DNA from: an uncultured bacterium
Lineage (GTDB): Bacteria; Chloroflexota; UBA5177; JANWHV01
DNA: 64,000 nucleotides
Reading direction: 5' to 3'
NCBI GenBank assembly: GCA_963729625.1
Contig: CAVSOU010000005.1
Coordinates: forward strand, 32,001 to 96,000
Of this stretch, positions 47,109-57,628 are shown piece after piece; within the stretch, counting starts at the first letter, position 1, and the number at the start of each line of letters is the position of its first letter. The notes beneath the pieces are model-generated. The model had not been told where the DNA came from and searched no databases. It saw only the letters and a program-made list of their open reading frames with translations. A program made the translations under genes and the position numbers.

Positions 47109-47142
47109 ATCTATTACCTACTCCTTCCTGTGCTGTCCGATC

Positions 47143-48267
47143 TCAGCCCTTGTTGCCCGCTCGCCGCTCTGCCTGCAGGCTCTTGTAAACCGCCGCGACA
47201 AAGTCGCGCGTCGTCCATGATCCGCTGCTGGCACCAAAACGCGCGGCATCGCACGCGTTGGATCGGCCGCTTGCACCTGGGCAAGGCTCATTTTCTGGTC
47301 CGATCAGCGCGGCAATGCGATCGCGGACGATCGTAAGCATATCCCGATAGTTTAAAACGTCTGCCTGATCGCACAGATGCCCGCGTCCTGGGATGATCAA
47401 GGTCCCATACCAGCCCTGCCACCGCGGCGCTGGCGGTATCGTCAGTTGCTCGACCAGGAGGTTCAAGGCGTTGATCTCGCCCTGTATGCTGCCACCGTGC
47501 TCGACGTCGATGACCGGAAAGCGGGTAACGTCGAAGATGTTGCCAGTGACGATCACGTCGGCCTGGCGCAGCATGACGATGGCGTCGCCATCCGAGTGCG
47601 CCGCCGGCATCCAGAGCGCCTGAATTCCCTGACCATTGACGGCAAAACTTGCGGCCGGACGCGTGAATGCATCGGTCGGCGTGCTATCCGCCCCGGACCC
47701 CTGCGAGAGTCGCAGCAACACATTCTGATGCGCGATTACCGGCGCCTTACCGTCGCTGTGTACGGCTCTGTCCATATAGCCAAACTGGCGGCTGACCGCA
47801 ACGATCGCGCCAATGCAGGCTACCCGGTCGGCATCGGCACTGGTCTCGATCACGTAACGGATCGGCCCTTGAATAACCTGTTGAACCGCCATCACCACGG
47901 CCGGACAGTCGCTGCCCCCACTGTCGACAACCACCGTTCCCTGCGGGCCCGTCAACAATGCAAAATTGGCACCGCCAGCCGTGAGCATGTAGACGTTCGG
48001 ACGCACCTGTAACGCGCTGACCGGGCCTACGGTCAGCGACTGGTTTGCCGGCAGCAGAGTGCTCGCGTGAGCCGCGGTATCAGGCTGAATAACCGATGGG
48101 GCCGCGGCATCGTTGGGCCCCAAGCCCGGGTTGAGGTCAACCGCCAGAGAGCCGAGCGTTTGCGTCGTTATGTCTTGACCAATCGCCACAGCCGACAGCC
48201 CTACGCATGCGCCGAGCAGTGCCGTGGCCAAACCGTTCAACCCACCAAACAGAGAAGGTCTTCGCAT
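47143..48267 (-). CDS. secreted MBL-fold protein with degenerate metal motif
   Basis: VVDSG, IETSADADRV in place of HxHxDH, AHSDGD, FPVID..GGSIQG, IIPGRG, YRDMLTIVRDRI. Confidence 0.8.
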   Translation of the reverse strand: MRRPSLFGGLNGLATALLGACVGLSAVAIGQDITTQTLGSLAVDLNPGLGPNDAAAPSVIQPDTAAHASTLLPANQSLTVGPVSALQVRPNVYMLTAGGANFALLTGPQGTVVVDSGGSDCPAVVMAVQQVIQGPIRYVIETSADADRVACIGAIVAVSRQFGYMDRAVHSDGKAPVIAHQNVLLRLSQGSGADSTPTDAFTRPAASFAVNGQGIQALWMPAAHSDGDAIVMLRQADVIVTGNIFDVTRFPVIDVEHGGSIQGEINALNLLVEQLTIPPAPRWQGWYGTLIIPGRGHLCDQADVLNYRDMLTIVRDRIAALIGPENEPCPGASGRSNACDAARFGASSGSWTTRDFVAAVYKSLQAERRAGNKG

Positions 48268-48818
48268 GGATCGCCCCTAGACCGCTGTTAGCCTGATCAT
48301 TTTGCCGCTCCGTCTCCGGGCATCGATCTGACACTTGTCCATCATCTACGCCGTCCAACTTCGTTGAACGCTATTGCCCCACGCACGTAACTTGTACATC
48401 GACGTTTTTGTCGGCGCATGGTTTTATCGCCTAACCCTCCAGCACGGCGCTCCGGCTGCTGCATCGAATCAACACTTGCGTTCTGAGCCAAGCTGACCAT
48501 CGGTGGCTCCCGTGCAACACATGGATGACCGCCCTGCACCTTCGCGTCAGTCCGCTTGGACGGGATGGACAAGAATGAATGGGGCTGTCCAAGCTGCGTA
48601 TCGGGTCAGCATAAGAATAGGGCCTTTGCTTCGTGAGTACATCAAGAATGCCAGGGCGTCGACTTGCAAGTAGAGCTCGGCCATGTTCGCCAACAGCTTC
48701 CGGTGGGAACAACCATCCGCCATTTCTACAGGAAAGAAGGGAGGCCCGATGCGCTGGCGATGCCGTTTCTGCTGCGTTGGGACCGCTAGGCCACTTAATG
48801 GCGGGCCGTGCGCAGCGC

Positions 48819-49433
48819 CTAGTTCGCCTTCTTGCCCGGGGCCAGCGCGCCCTGCTTCTTCGGCAGTTCTGAAAGCGGCTTGAGCAGGAATTCCGGCAGC
48901 TTGCTGGGAATTTCCGCCGCATCCCAATGCTCCATCAGCTTACCGTCCTTCACGCGCCAGGCGTCAAACCAGAACGCTTCGTAATACTTCCCCTTGTACT
49001 GCGGGTCGGGAAGGTAGCGCTGCTGCAGCACAACGATCATGTCGCAATCGGCCATGACCTTATAAAGCGGGTTGCCCTTGGGTGCGTCGGGCGGAGGGGG
49101 CGCAAACGGGCCATCACCGCTCAGCATCATGGGCATCAGCGCGTTGAATTCCTCAATACCATGGAGATGATTGATCTCCCCGAAGCGCTTGAATTCGGGA
49201 TTGTGCTGCACATAGCCCTTGTCCATGATGGCATTCACCTTCCCGATGTCTTCGGGCTTCGGCGATGCCTGGAACCACGGTTGGAACATGGTGGGCGCAA
49301 GCTTCTTGTTCGCCTCGATCGTGGCTTGATCCGGGCACACCGATTCACCCTTGCCACTGCCGGTCGCCGCCTGCACCGCTACTGCCGGCAGCATATTCGC
49401 CAATACTATCGCTCCGAATAGCAAGTAACGCAT
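48819..49433 (-). CDS. secreted SnoaL/NTF2-like protein
   Basis: Signal peptide; YVQHNP, FDAWRVKDGKLMEHWD. Confidence 0.8.
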   Translation of the reverse strand: MRYLLFGAIVLANMLPAVAVQAATGSGKGESVCPDQATIEANKKLAPTMFQPWFQASPKPEDIGKVNAIMDKGYVQHNPEFKRFGEINHLHGIEEFNALMPMMLSGDGPFAPPPPDAPKGNPLYKVMADCDMIVVLQQRYLPDPQYKGKYYEAFWFDAWRVKDGKLMEHWDAAEIPSKLPEFLLKPLSELPKKQGALAPGKKAN

Positions 49434-49676
49434 TTCAATGTCTCCGGGAAGGTCTGGTTGCAAAGGGTCCGCAGGGATTCACGGTCCGGTCTTGCACATC
49501 AGCGTTTTCACCGCGTATTCGACGTCCGCACTGCCACCACAGCAATAGTGCGTGCACTGACCCGCCGGGGGGCGGCGATAACGGCCAGCTTAGTGGTCGA
49601 CTCCTCTTGCTCCTCGCGACAATCATGCCGGCAGCGCCACGCATGGCGCTGCCGGCTCTTCCTGCGCTACGGTTGA

Positions 49677-51995
49677 TCAGAAACTCTTTCGGACCCTGAG
49701 GCCGATCTGCCTTGGCGCCCCGTAGTACTCGGTGTTGTTGAAGTAGCCGGACACATACGTCGCGTTCGCCAGGTTCTTGACGTAAACCTGCGTCAGCCAC
49801 GAAGCATCTTCGTAACTGACCGATGCGTCCCATATGTTACGAGCAGGCATCAGATAGAAATTGTCATTCTGGAAAAGGGAGGCGAACTGCTTGTCCGTAT
49901 GGGTGAAGCTGACCACCGGGCGGATCGTCGCCGACCCCACCCGGATCGCATAGTCCACGCTCGCGTTGGCAGTGAGCTTCGGAGAGTAGGGGTTCTGCTC
50001 GCCGCTGATGTGCTCAGCGTAAGCTGCGTAGGGAAAGCCGCTGGCCGGAAACAACGCCGGCACGGCTTGCACCACGGCCGGGAGCAGGTATCCAGCAACC
50101 ACCCCGCCGCTGATCAAGGCGTCCGGGCTGGTGACAGCCCCGAGTTTCGAGTTGTTATAGGCAGCGCTTAGGTTCACCCCCAACCCACCGAAATTCGACT
50201 GGATCGACGCCTCGAGGCCCTTGATGGTCGAGTTCCCGAGATTGACTACCTCGTCTGAGTACCCGGCATGCGCGTTGAAGATGTCTTCCTGCATGCCTTT
50301 GTAGAGCATGTAGTAGGCGCCCAAGCGGGTCTGCACGTGGCCATCAAAGAACCGGCTGTTTATGCCGACCTCGTAGTCGTCAACGTGCTCGTCCTCAAAT
50401 GGCGCCCCCGTCGCAACGTTCACGCCTCCGGATTTGTATCCCCTTGACCAGAATCCATAGATGAACTGGTCCTCGACCGGCGACCAATTGAGCCCGACTT
50501 TGGCCGTCGGTGTGTTGGACTTGAACTGCCCGGTGTTCGGGAGCACCGCAATCGGCGGGCCAACCGGTCCGTTGACGGTGATCGAGCCGCCGTTGAAGTT
50601 GTTGTCCCAGTTCTCCCGGACGCCCACCTGCAGCTGCAACGTATCAAGGAACTTGTAACTGAGCTGGCCGAACACGCCAACACTGCGAGTCACCGTCAAG
50701 ATGTCGAGCGCGGTCTCGGGGCTGGGGCCAGAGTTCAACGGCCCGGCGGGCGGCAGGGAAAGGCGGTTAGAGCTTAGGTAGACGGGCGTGTTCCTGTAGA
50801 ACGACGCGGCGCCGGCCACCCAAGTGAGCCTGCCGGTATCAGGTGATATCGCATTGATCTCCTGGTAATAATTGCGGTCGCTCGGGCCTATCTGCGTGTA
50901 GGTGATGCCGTCGTTGAACTTGTCGCTGCTGTTTTCCAAGGTCGTACGGAAATAGTGGCTCTGGTAGCCCGTCTGCGACCGCAGCACCACTCCGTTCGGT
51001 AGCGTGTAACGCAGCTCCAGACCGTATCGGTCCATCTGGCTGTCGTTGATCAGGCCCGTGGTCTCGTAGTTGAGCACTAACGGCTGGTGCGTCGAATAGG
51101 CGTACGAGGAGACATACTGCGTCTGCCCGGGAACGAGCGGGTTCGGGAACGGATTCTGGTTGGGCTGGCCGGCAACGCCGTCGGTGTTGCTCTGGTTGAG
51201 CTCGACCTTCAAGAGGGCCTGGAAGTCTGCACTGGGCTTCCAGAGCCCGCTGATGCGGATATTGAGGTCATTAACCTGGCCTGGATCGCTGATCGGTTCG
51301 CCGGCTGGCGTGAGATTCTGCGAGCCGATGTCCCGGTAAAAACTCCCGCGGTGCTCTGCGTTGAACCCGACCCGGAAAGCCAGCTCATCGTTGACCGGCA
51401 TGTTAACGGCACCGTCGAAGCGACGATCCGTGTAGGTACCGAGGATGCCCTCAAAGTAGCCTTGAACTCCGGCAAGGCTAGGATCGGCGGAGTTGATCAG
51501 CAGTGCCCCACCGGTTGAACTGGCGCCGACAAACGTACCCTGGGGACCCCGGAGCACCTCTAGACCGCGCAGGTCGTAAAACGGCTCGCCGAGGGCATTG
51601 GTCTCGACATCGGGCAGGCCATCCCTGATCACGGCCACGCCGGTGGTGACCGCGGGATTGAACGAGGAATTGCCCACGCCGCGGATGTTGATGTTCTGGA
51701 ACGTGCCTGCCGTACCGTTCACCGTGAAGCTTGGCACGACAGACTGAAGATCCTCGAGCGATGTGTTGGGCTGCACGCTCTCGAGCTGGCTTGCCGGGAT
51801 CGCGGTTATCTGTATGGGTATCGCCAGGATGTCGACGGACCGACGCTCAGCGGTGACCATGATTTCTTTCAGCTGGCCCACATCTTCGGCCTCCTGCTGG
51901 GACGTGCCCATGGCCTGTTGCGCATACGCAACAGGACCAACAAGAGACAGGCTGATGGCTACGGCAACGCTCTGTCGGATCTGCATTGAACGCAT
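49677..51995 (-). CDS. TonB-dependent receptor
   Basis: EIMVTAERR, EVLRGPQGT plug motif, C-terminal PRQIGLRVRKSF. Confidence 0.93.
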   Translation of the reverse strand: MRSMQIRQSVAVAISLSLVGPVAYAQQAMGTSQQEAEDVGQLKEIMVTAERRSVDILAIPIQITAIPASQLESVQPNTSLEDLQSVVPSFTVNGTAGTFQNINIRGVGNSSFNPAVTTGVAVIRDGLPDVETNALGEPFYDLRGLEVLRGPQGTFVGASSTGGALLINSADPSLAGVQGYFEGILGTYTDRRFDGAVNMPVNDELAFRVGFNAEHRGSFYRDIGSQNLTPAGEPISDPGQVNDLNIRISGLWKPSADFQALLKVELNQSNTDGVAGQPNQNPFPNPLVPGQTQYVSSYAYSTHQPLVLNYETTGLINDSQMDRYGLELRYTLPNGVVLRSQTGYQSHYFRTTLENSSDKFNDGITYTQIGPSDRNYYQEINAISPDTGRLTWVAGAASFYRNTPVYLSSNRLSLPPAGPLNSGPSPETALDILTVTRSVGVFGQLSYKFLDTLQLQVGVRENWDNNFNGGSITVNGPVGPPIAVLPNTGQFKSNTPTAKVGLNWSPVEDQFIYGFWSRGYKSGGVNVATGAPFEDEHVDDYEVGINSRFFDGHVQTRLGAYYMLYKGMQEDIFNAHAGYSDEVVNLGNSTIKGLEASIQSNFGGLGVNLSAAYNNSKLGAVTSPDALISGGVVAGYLLPAVVQAVPALFPASGFPYAAYAEHISGEQNPYSPKLTANASVDYAIRVGSATIRPVVSFTHTDKQFASLFQNDNFYLMPARNIWDASVSYEDASWLTQVYVKNLANATYVSGYFNNTEYYGAPRQIGLRVRKSF

Positions 51996-52239
51996 GGTGT
52001 CTAAATCCCCCCTTCTTCTTAACTTAGAGTTGGCCTGACTGTAATACCCAGTCGACTATCCCCTCAGGTGCCAAATACCCAGCACCTCCCATTCGTTGGG
52101 TGTGCCAGGGATACACTGGGGGCTGAGTAGCCGTCTTCACCCTGGCCGCGTAGGCCCGTGGCACAATTTTGACGGGTGGTATTCTTCGATTAGTCCCATT
52201 CGCTCGGGTCAGCACAAACCACAATGATTGCCGGTAGCC

Positions 52240-52815
52240 GCGGATTCCTGGAGATGACCCGTGCCAGGCTTGGGCGCCAAGCCAAGAACCTGGAATCAGA
52301 GCCTTACGTGCTGGTGAGAGCCCCAGCCGGCTATGGAAAGTCGGTACTACTCCGTCACTGGCTCGCGGAATCCAAGGCACGTCGCCAGCCATTTGCGCAG
52401 CGCCATCTCACTGGCTGCACCCGGCCACTATCTGCGCTCTATCCTCGACGGTGGCCGGCAACTCGGAGCCTTGCTGCTCGACCACCCGAGCCTCGGCGCA
52501 AGCCTGTCGGACGATGGCAACTCTTTCGGCGCTACGCTTGTCAGTGCCTTTGAAAAGGTACCGAGTCGCACTTCTTCGGGCCTCTCGAGGCCATGCAAGG
52601 ATTCTGCCCCACCCAATCTGCTCGCTACGCTGAACAGCCGCGACCGTGAATTGCTGCAACTCATCGCATCCGGGCTAACCAACCGCGAGGTCACAGTACG
52701 CATTGCGAGCAGTGAGGGTACCGTGAAGTGGTACCTACATCACTTGTATTCAAAGCTGGGCGTCAATCGCCGCACCTTGGCGGTCATGCGTGCGCGCGAA
52801 CTCGGCATAGCTTAA
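52240..52815 (+). pseudogene. internally deleted MalT/LAL-type LuxR regulator
   Basis: P-loop APAGYGKS close to C-terminal HTH (GLTNREV...GTVKWYLHHLYSKLGV) with most of the middle missing. Confidence 0.7.
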
Positions 52816-53056
52816 GCGGGAGACCCCGGAATTGGCTTCGCCATCGCGCGCCTGGAATCCCCCGGACTACTGCTGGTCCGGCAGTCGCCGAAGTGCGAAT
52901 TCGACTCCGCAGGCGCTCATCCAGAGTGCATTCCACGGCTGTGACCAATGACTTGGCCGCGGGCAGCGTGCCCGCGGCCAAGTGAAGCCGGCCAGATTAA
53001 TGCCTGCGGGGAGCGCGAGACGTCCAGCGCATGCCGCCCCAACCCGCACCGGTGAC

Positions 53057-55322
53057 CTAGCGCACAGTCCCGGAAGACGCATTGGCCCGGTCCGCCGTCA
53101 CGCAGATGTAGTCCACGGGCGCCTCCACAAGTTCGCTAGTCGCCTGCGCCACAAGCGGCCAGGCGCAGACCGAACGTATACCGAACACAGGCTCGAACAC
53201 AAAGCCCACCGGCGGCGGCACAGGAGTGTTGCGCCGCCGGGGCGTGATCGACAAGCAACACGTCCGGTGCGCGTCCACGCTGCACCCACTCGTCGAGCGC
53301 CGCAACCCAGTGGCCCCGAAACGTGTCGCCCTTCTGCCCGGAAGGCACGACGAACAGGCGATAGAATTGACGCGCCGGTTCGATGCCACCTGCGCGCGCG
53401 CCCACGGCCTCATAGCCCTTGATCGCGTTGTCGGCCACCAGGGGCTGCGTGCCGCCACCGTGGTATTCAATAATCTTGCCGCCGCGCGCCGCGAAGGCCG
53501 AGAGATCGGGTGCGGCCGAGCCCATCGAAGCCGGCGCGCCGTCGGCTGAGCCGACCACGAGGCCATCGAAGTCCGCCGGGTTCGCCTGCACCTCGGCCAG
53601 AACCTGCGCCACGTCAGCCGAGCGGCTGTCGCGGTACGAGTAGCGGGGCGCTGCGCCGTAGAATGCCCCTATGAGCGCCTTGGCGATGACCGCGCCATCG
53701 CGCGCGCTGCCGCTCGCATCGCCAGCAGCCACCGCATAACCCTGCGCCAGCGCGTCGGTCATCGCCGCTGCGTCGGCGTTACCGAGCAACAGGAAACTGG
53801 CATTCCAACCAGCCGTCGGCAGCCACACCTGCACGCTGCCCACGCCCTTTCGACTCGATCCACGCTGCGCCGTGGCTTCGCAATGCGCTGGCACCTCCTG
53901 CCGGAAAGCCTGCCGGTCCAAGGCCGTTGACGCAGGCACGTCGATGGCACCCGCCGGCGCATCCTTGGCGCCTTGCACGCGGCCTTGTGCCAGTTTCACC
54001 GAGGCCAGCTGTGCACAGCCGATGACCGGAGCTTGCTCGGGCCGCGCCACCTGGGCCGTCAGCGCACCGACGCCGTTGGCGATGACCGCGCCAGCCAGTG
54101 CTTCCAGCGGGGCGCGCCCGGAGCGTTTGTCGACCACGACTTTGCCATCCTTGAGCACGACCACGGTGTTGAGCAGCGCATGGAAATCGTCGAAGGGATT
54201 GCCCTGCACCAGCACGATGTCGGCGCGCTTCCCGGGCTCGATTGTGCCGATCTGGTCCTGTAAGCCGAGGAACGTGGCGGTGTTGATCGTCAGGATACGG
54301 ATCACATCCTGCATCGAGAACATCACCATCAGCGACTTGAGCTCGTGCTCGAGCACATCGCGCACCGGATAGTTCTGGTCGCTGCCGAAACCGAGTCCCC
54401 TGCCATGCGACGCATCCCAGAGGCGACGCGCATTGATCAGCGTGTAGGCACCCTCGGTGCCGGTCGCGCGGCCTTTCGGATCGCGGTTCGGGTCCACGAT
54501 CGACTCTGGCCAGCGCAGCCCCGAACGAAAGCGCGGCGTGTCATCCTGCGCGAACACGTCGATAATCGGCGCGCCGAAACTGATCAGGTCGAGCACGATC
54601 GTGCCACTGTCGGCAATGTGCGCCGCGTCGTCGAAGCTCATGAAATCCTTGTTGGGCAGGTGTACCTGGTGGCGCACGCCGGCATCGGTTGCAGCGACCA
54701 TGGCTGGCGTCGAGACCGCATGCACCAGGATCTCAACGCCCAGCTTCTTGCCCTCATCAACCAGTGCGCTGAGCATTGCCACCTCCTGCGGCGTGAGGCC
54801 CGGCGCCGGCATCATCGGCAGCTCGCCGGTGTACTTGATGCCCTGGGCGGCCATAGTCCGGAGTGCCTCGCGGCCCTTTTCCGGTGGCTGGTCCAGACCG
54901 AAGATGCCGGCCGATGCCAACACGTGCGGGCCGTTGATCAAGCCGAAATCAATGTGCCGCGCGAGCGCGAGCGTACCTTCGGCAGGGCCACCGCCCGCAA
55001 GCACGGTCGTGAAGCCGTTCTCGATCAGGTCAGCCAACTGCTCTTTTTCGTAGGGTCCGGTGTTGATGTGCTTGTGGCCATCGACCAGGCCGGGCACTGC
55101 GGTCATGCCGCGCGCGTCGACGACGGTGCCCACAGGCTGGGCCGGGCGACCCGGGCCGACCGCAACGATGCGGCCATCATGGACGGCTATGTACCCGCTC
55201 TGAATGACCGGACCATTGCCGACCGCGATGCGTGCGCCCACGATGGTGGCGTCCTGCGCCCAACCCGCTTGAGCGGCCGCGAGCATCAGCCCGGCGACCA
55301 GTGCCTGACCTACTGGATTCAC
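53057..55322 (-). CDS. secreted amidohydrolase fused to reduced tannase/feruloyl-esterase-like domain; terminal frameshift
   Basis: PGLVDGHKH, GSD, GTIEPGKRADIV; then HC..VWLP..WN, DFDG, PDLSAFAARGGKIIEYHG, FYRLFVVP, WV..G.AP. Confidence 0.75.
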
Positions 55323-55585
55323 GTCATACCTCCACTCATGTTGCAGTCATTTTCTTCAGACACACGGGCCTGTTTCTAACTTAGCGCAGCACACCGTCCT
55401 TGAATAGCCGCCTTGCCTGCAGTTCGATCGTGCCGCCAACCAGGTCCGCGGGCACTCATGGTGCTACTTGGACCGGGGCTCCTACGCAGGAAGCCGCCAG
55501 CGCAACGTCACCCACTCGTACGCATGCTCATCCAGATCAGGAAAGAATGGGTTGGGTGGCATCTCCGCCCTGAGGAAGGGATCGT

Positions 55586-56992
55586 GTCCCAGCGAGTGGT
55601 GTATGAGTCGTGAGTTCTGGTCAGGTTGGACTCATGCTCAGTTGACGACGGCCGACAACCGAACGGCTTGATTGTTGCTCAAGGACTGCAGGCCCTCAAG
55701 CTGCATGTAGCGGCGCTGCAGTTGCCACTCGTCGTTTTGCTCCAGCAGCAGCGCCCCGACGAGGCGTATCACAGCGTTTTCGTTGGGGAAGATGCCGACG
55801 ACGTCGGTCCGGCGCTTGATCTCGGCGTTGACCCGCTCCAGCGGGTTGGTGCTGTGGATCTGGGTCCGGTGGGCCTTCGGGAAGCTCATGTACGCCAGCA
55901 CATCGGCCTCGGCGGTGTCCATCAGGTCCGCGAGCTTGGGGAACTTCGCGCGCAGCTGATCGGCGACGACACGCCACTGCTGCGCTTGCCGAGTCGAACG
56001 AGTCCTGCGCGAACGCGGTGTTGATCGCCGCCAGCACCATCTGCCGCTGGCCCTTGCCGGCGTGCGCCAGGGCGTTCCGCAGGAAGTGCACCTTGCAGCG
56101 CTGCCACGTGGCGGCCAGCACCTTGGCGGCGGCGGCCTTGAGGCCTTCGTGGGCGTCGGAGATCACAAGCTTTACGCCCCGCAGACCGCGGCGGGTGAGG
56201 GAGCGCAGGAACTCGGTCCAGAAGGGCTCTGCTTCGCTCGGCCCGACCGCCATGCCGAGCACTTCGCGCACGCCGTCGGTGTTGACCGCTACGGCGATTA
56301 TTACGGCCTTGGAGACGATCCGGCCGGCCTCCCGTGCCTTCACGTAGGTCGCATCGATCCACAGGTATGGCCAGTCCCCTTCGATGCGGGCGATCGAGGA
56401 ACGCATGAACGCGTTCGTCGATCTCCCCGCAGAGCCTGCGACCTGGCTCTTGGAGATCCCGGTCATGCCCATGGCCTTGACCAGCTCGTCGACCGAGCGG
56501 GTGGAGACGCCCTGGATGTAGGCCTCCTGGATCACCGCCGCCAGCGCCTTCTCCCCCGTGCGGCGCGGCTCCAGGAACCCCGGGAAGTAGCTGCCCTGAG
56601 CGCAGCTTGGGGATCTTCAGATCGACCGAGCCGGCGCGGGTCTCCCAGAGCCGCTCCCGGTAGCCGTTGCGGCTGTTGGCCCGGTCCGGACTGCGCTCGC
56701 CGTAGGCGGCGGCGCAGAGGCCCTCGGCGTCCATCTCCATCATCCGCTGGGCGACGTACTGGATCATCTGCCGCAGCAGATCCGTGTCTGCCCCCTTCTC
56801 GATGAGCTCGGACAGTGCAATGCTTGGCTTGGTGGTCATCGTGGTGTTCTCCGGTTGAAGTCCGGTGTGGTAACCAAACCTTAAACCAGGACCCACGATG
56901 GCCGCCTTCCCGTCGCCTGCGGCGACGTCGGCGCTACCTCTCCGAGCTAAAAGCTCAGATCAGCAAATCCCTCATACACCACGGGATGGGAC
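55586..56992 (-). mobile_element. IS256-family element (transposase ~55638-56840, frameshifted)
   Basis: [48 protein letters not shown]; IRs 55586-55607 and 56971-56992. Confidence 0.92.
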
Positions 56993-57245
56993 GTCAGCAG
57001 AAGTGTTGCCCGGCCGCTATCGCCGCGTGCACATCTTCGAAGCCAATGCCACGCTCAGCCCAGAGCAGCCTGTTCTTGGCCTCGCTCCAGCGATAAGTCT
57101 TCGCTGGACAAGACCATTACAATGTGTGCCGTTTGTCATCGGCTGCTCCAGCGCTGGTGTAGTTCGTCACCTCAGAAAGAGCGCGCCGGCGCACTGACAT
57201 GTGTACCCGCGCATCTAGACGGAAAAGGCTGGAAATCTTCGTTTT

Positions 57246-57406
57246 GTCCGGAGTAGCCCAGGCCAATCCTCGAGGCGCCACGGACATCCAGCCAAATCCA
57301 CCCATCTCGTTGTAGCTAGATCAGTAGCTTACTTGGCGCAGCACTTCTTTTCGCAGCTGTGTCAATTGGTTAGGGAGGTGGGGAGAAGCGGGTGCAGAAT
57401 CTGGAG
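57246..57406 (+). repeat. att junction 4 (~160 bp arm + VQNLE-coding core)
   Basis: Colinear imperfect repeat of 60552-60715; TGTAGCTA/AGTAGCTT at 57311 and 57323; core GGTGCAGAATCTGGAG. Confidence 0.8.
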
Positions 57407-57628
57407 CAGTTTGCGCAGCAAACTACTCCAGATCGCTCACAAGGCCGGGCATATGTCAGCAACGGCGCGTGGTGGCCGCCCTGTTGTGGCCCTGATTGTT
57501 ATCACGAGCGGCCAGTGCGCATCCTGAGTATCGTGGCGATTCGCACCGAAACACGACGCTCGGAAATGGCTCAGCAGGGGCGTTCACACGTGAACTCGCG
57601 GCGCGGCATCAACCATGATGTGCGGCTG

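Noticed and set aside
48300-48810. Possible gene remnant between MBL' and SnoaL genes
   Set aside because: No identifiable homology in any frame.
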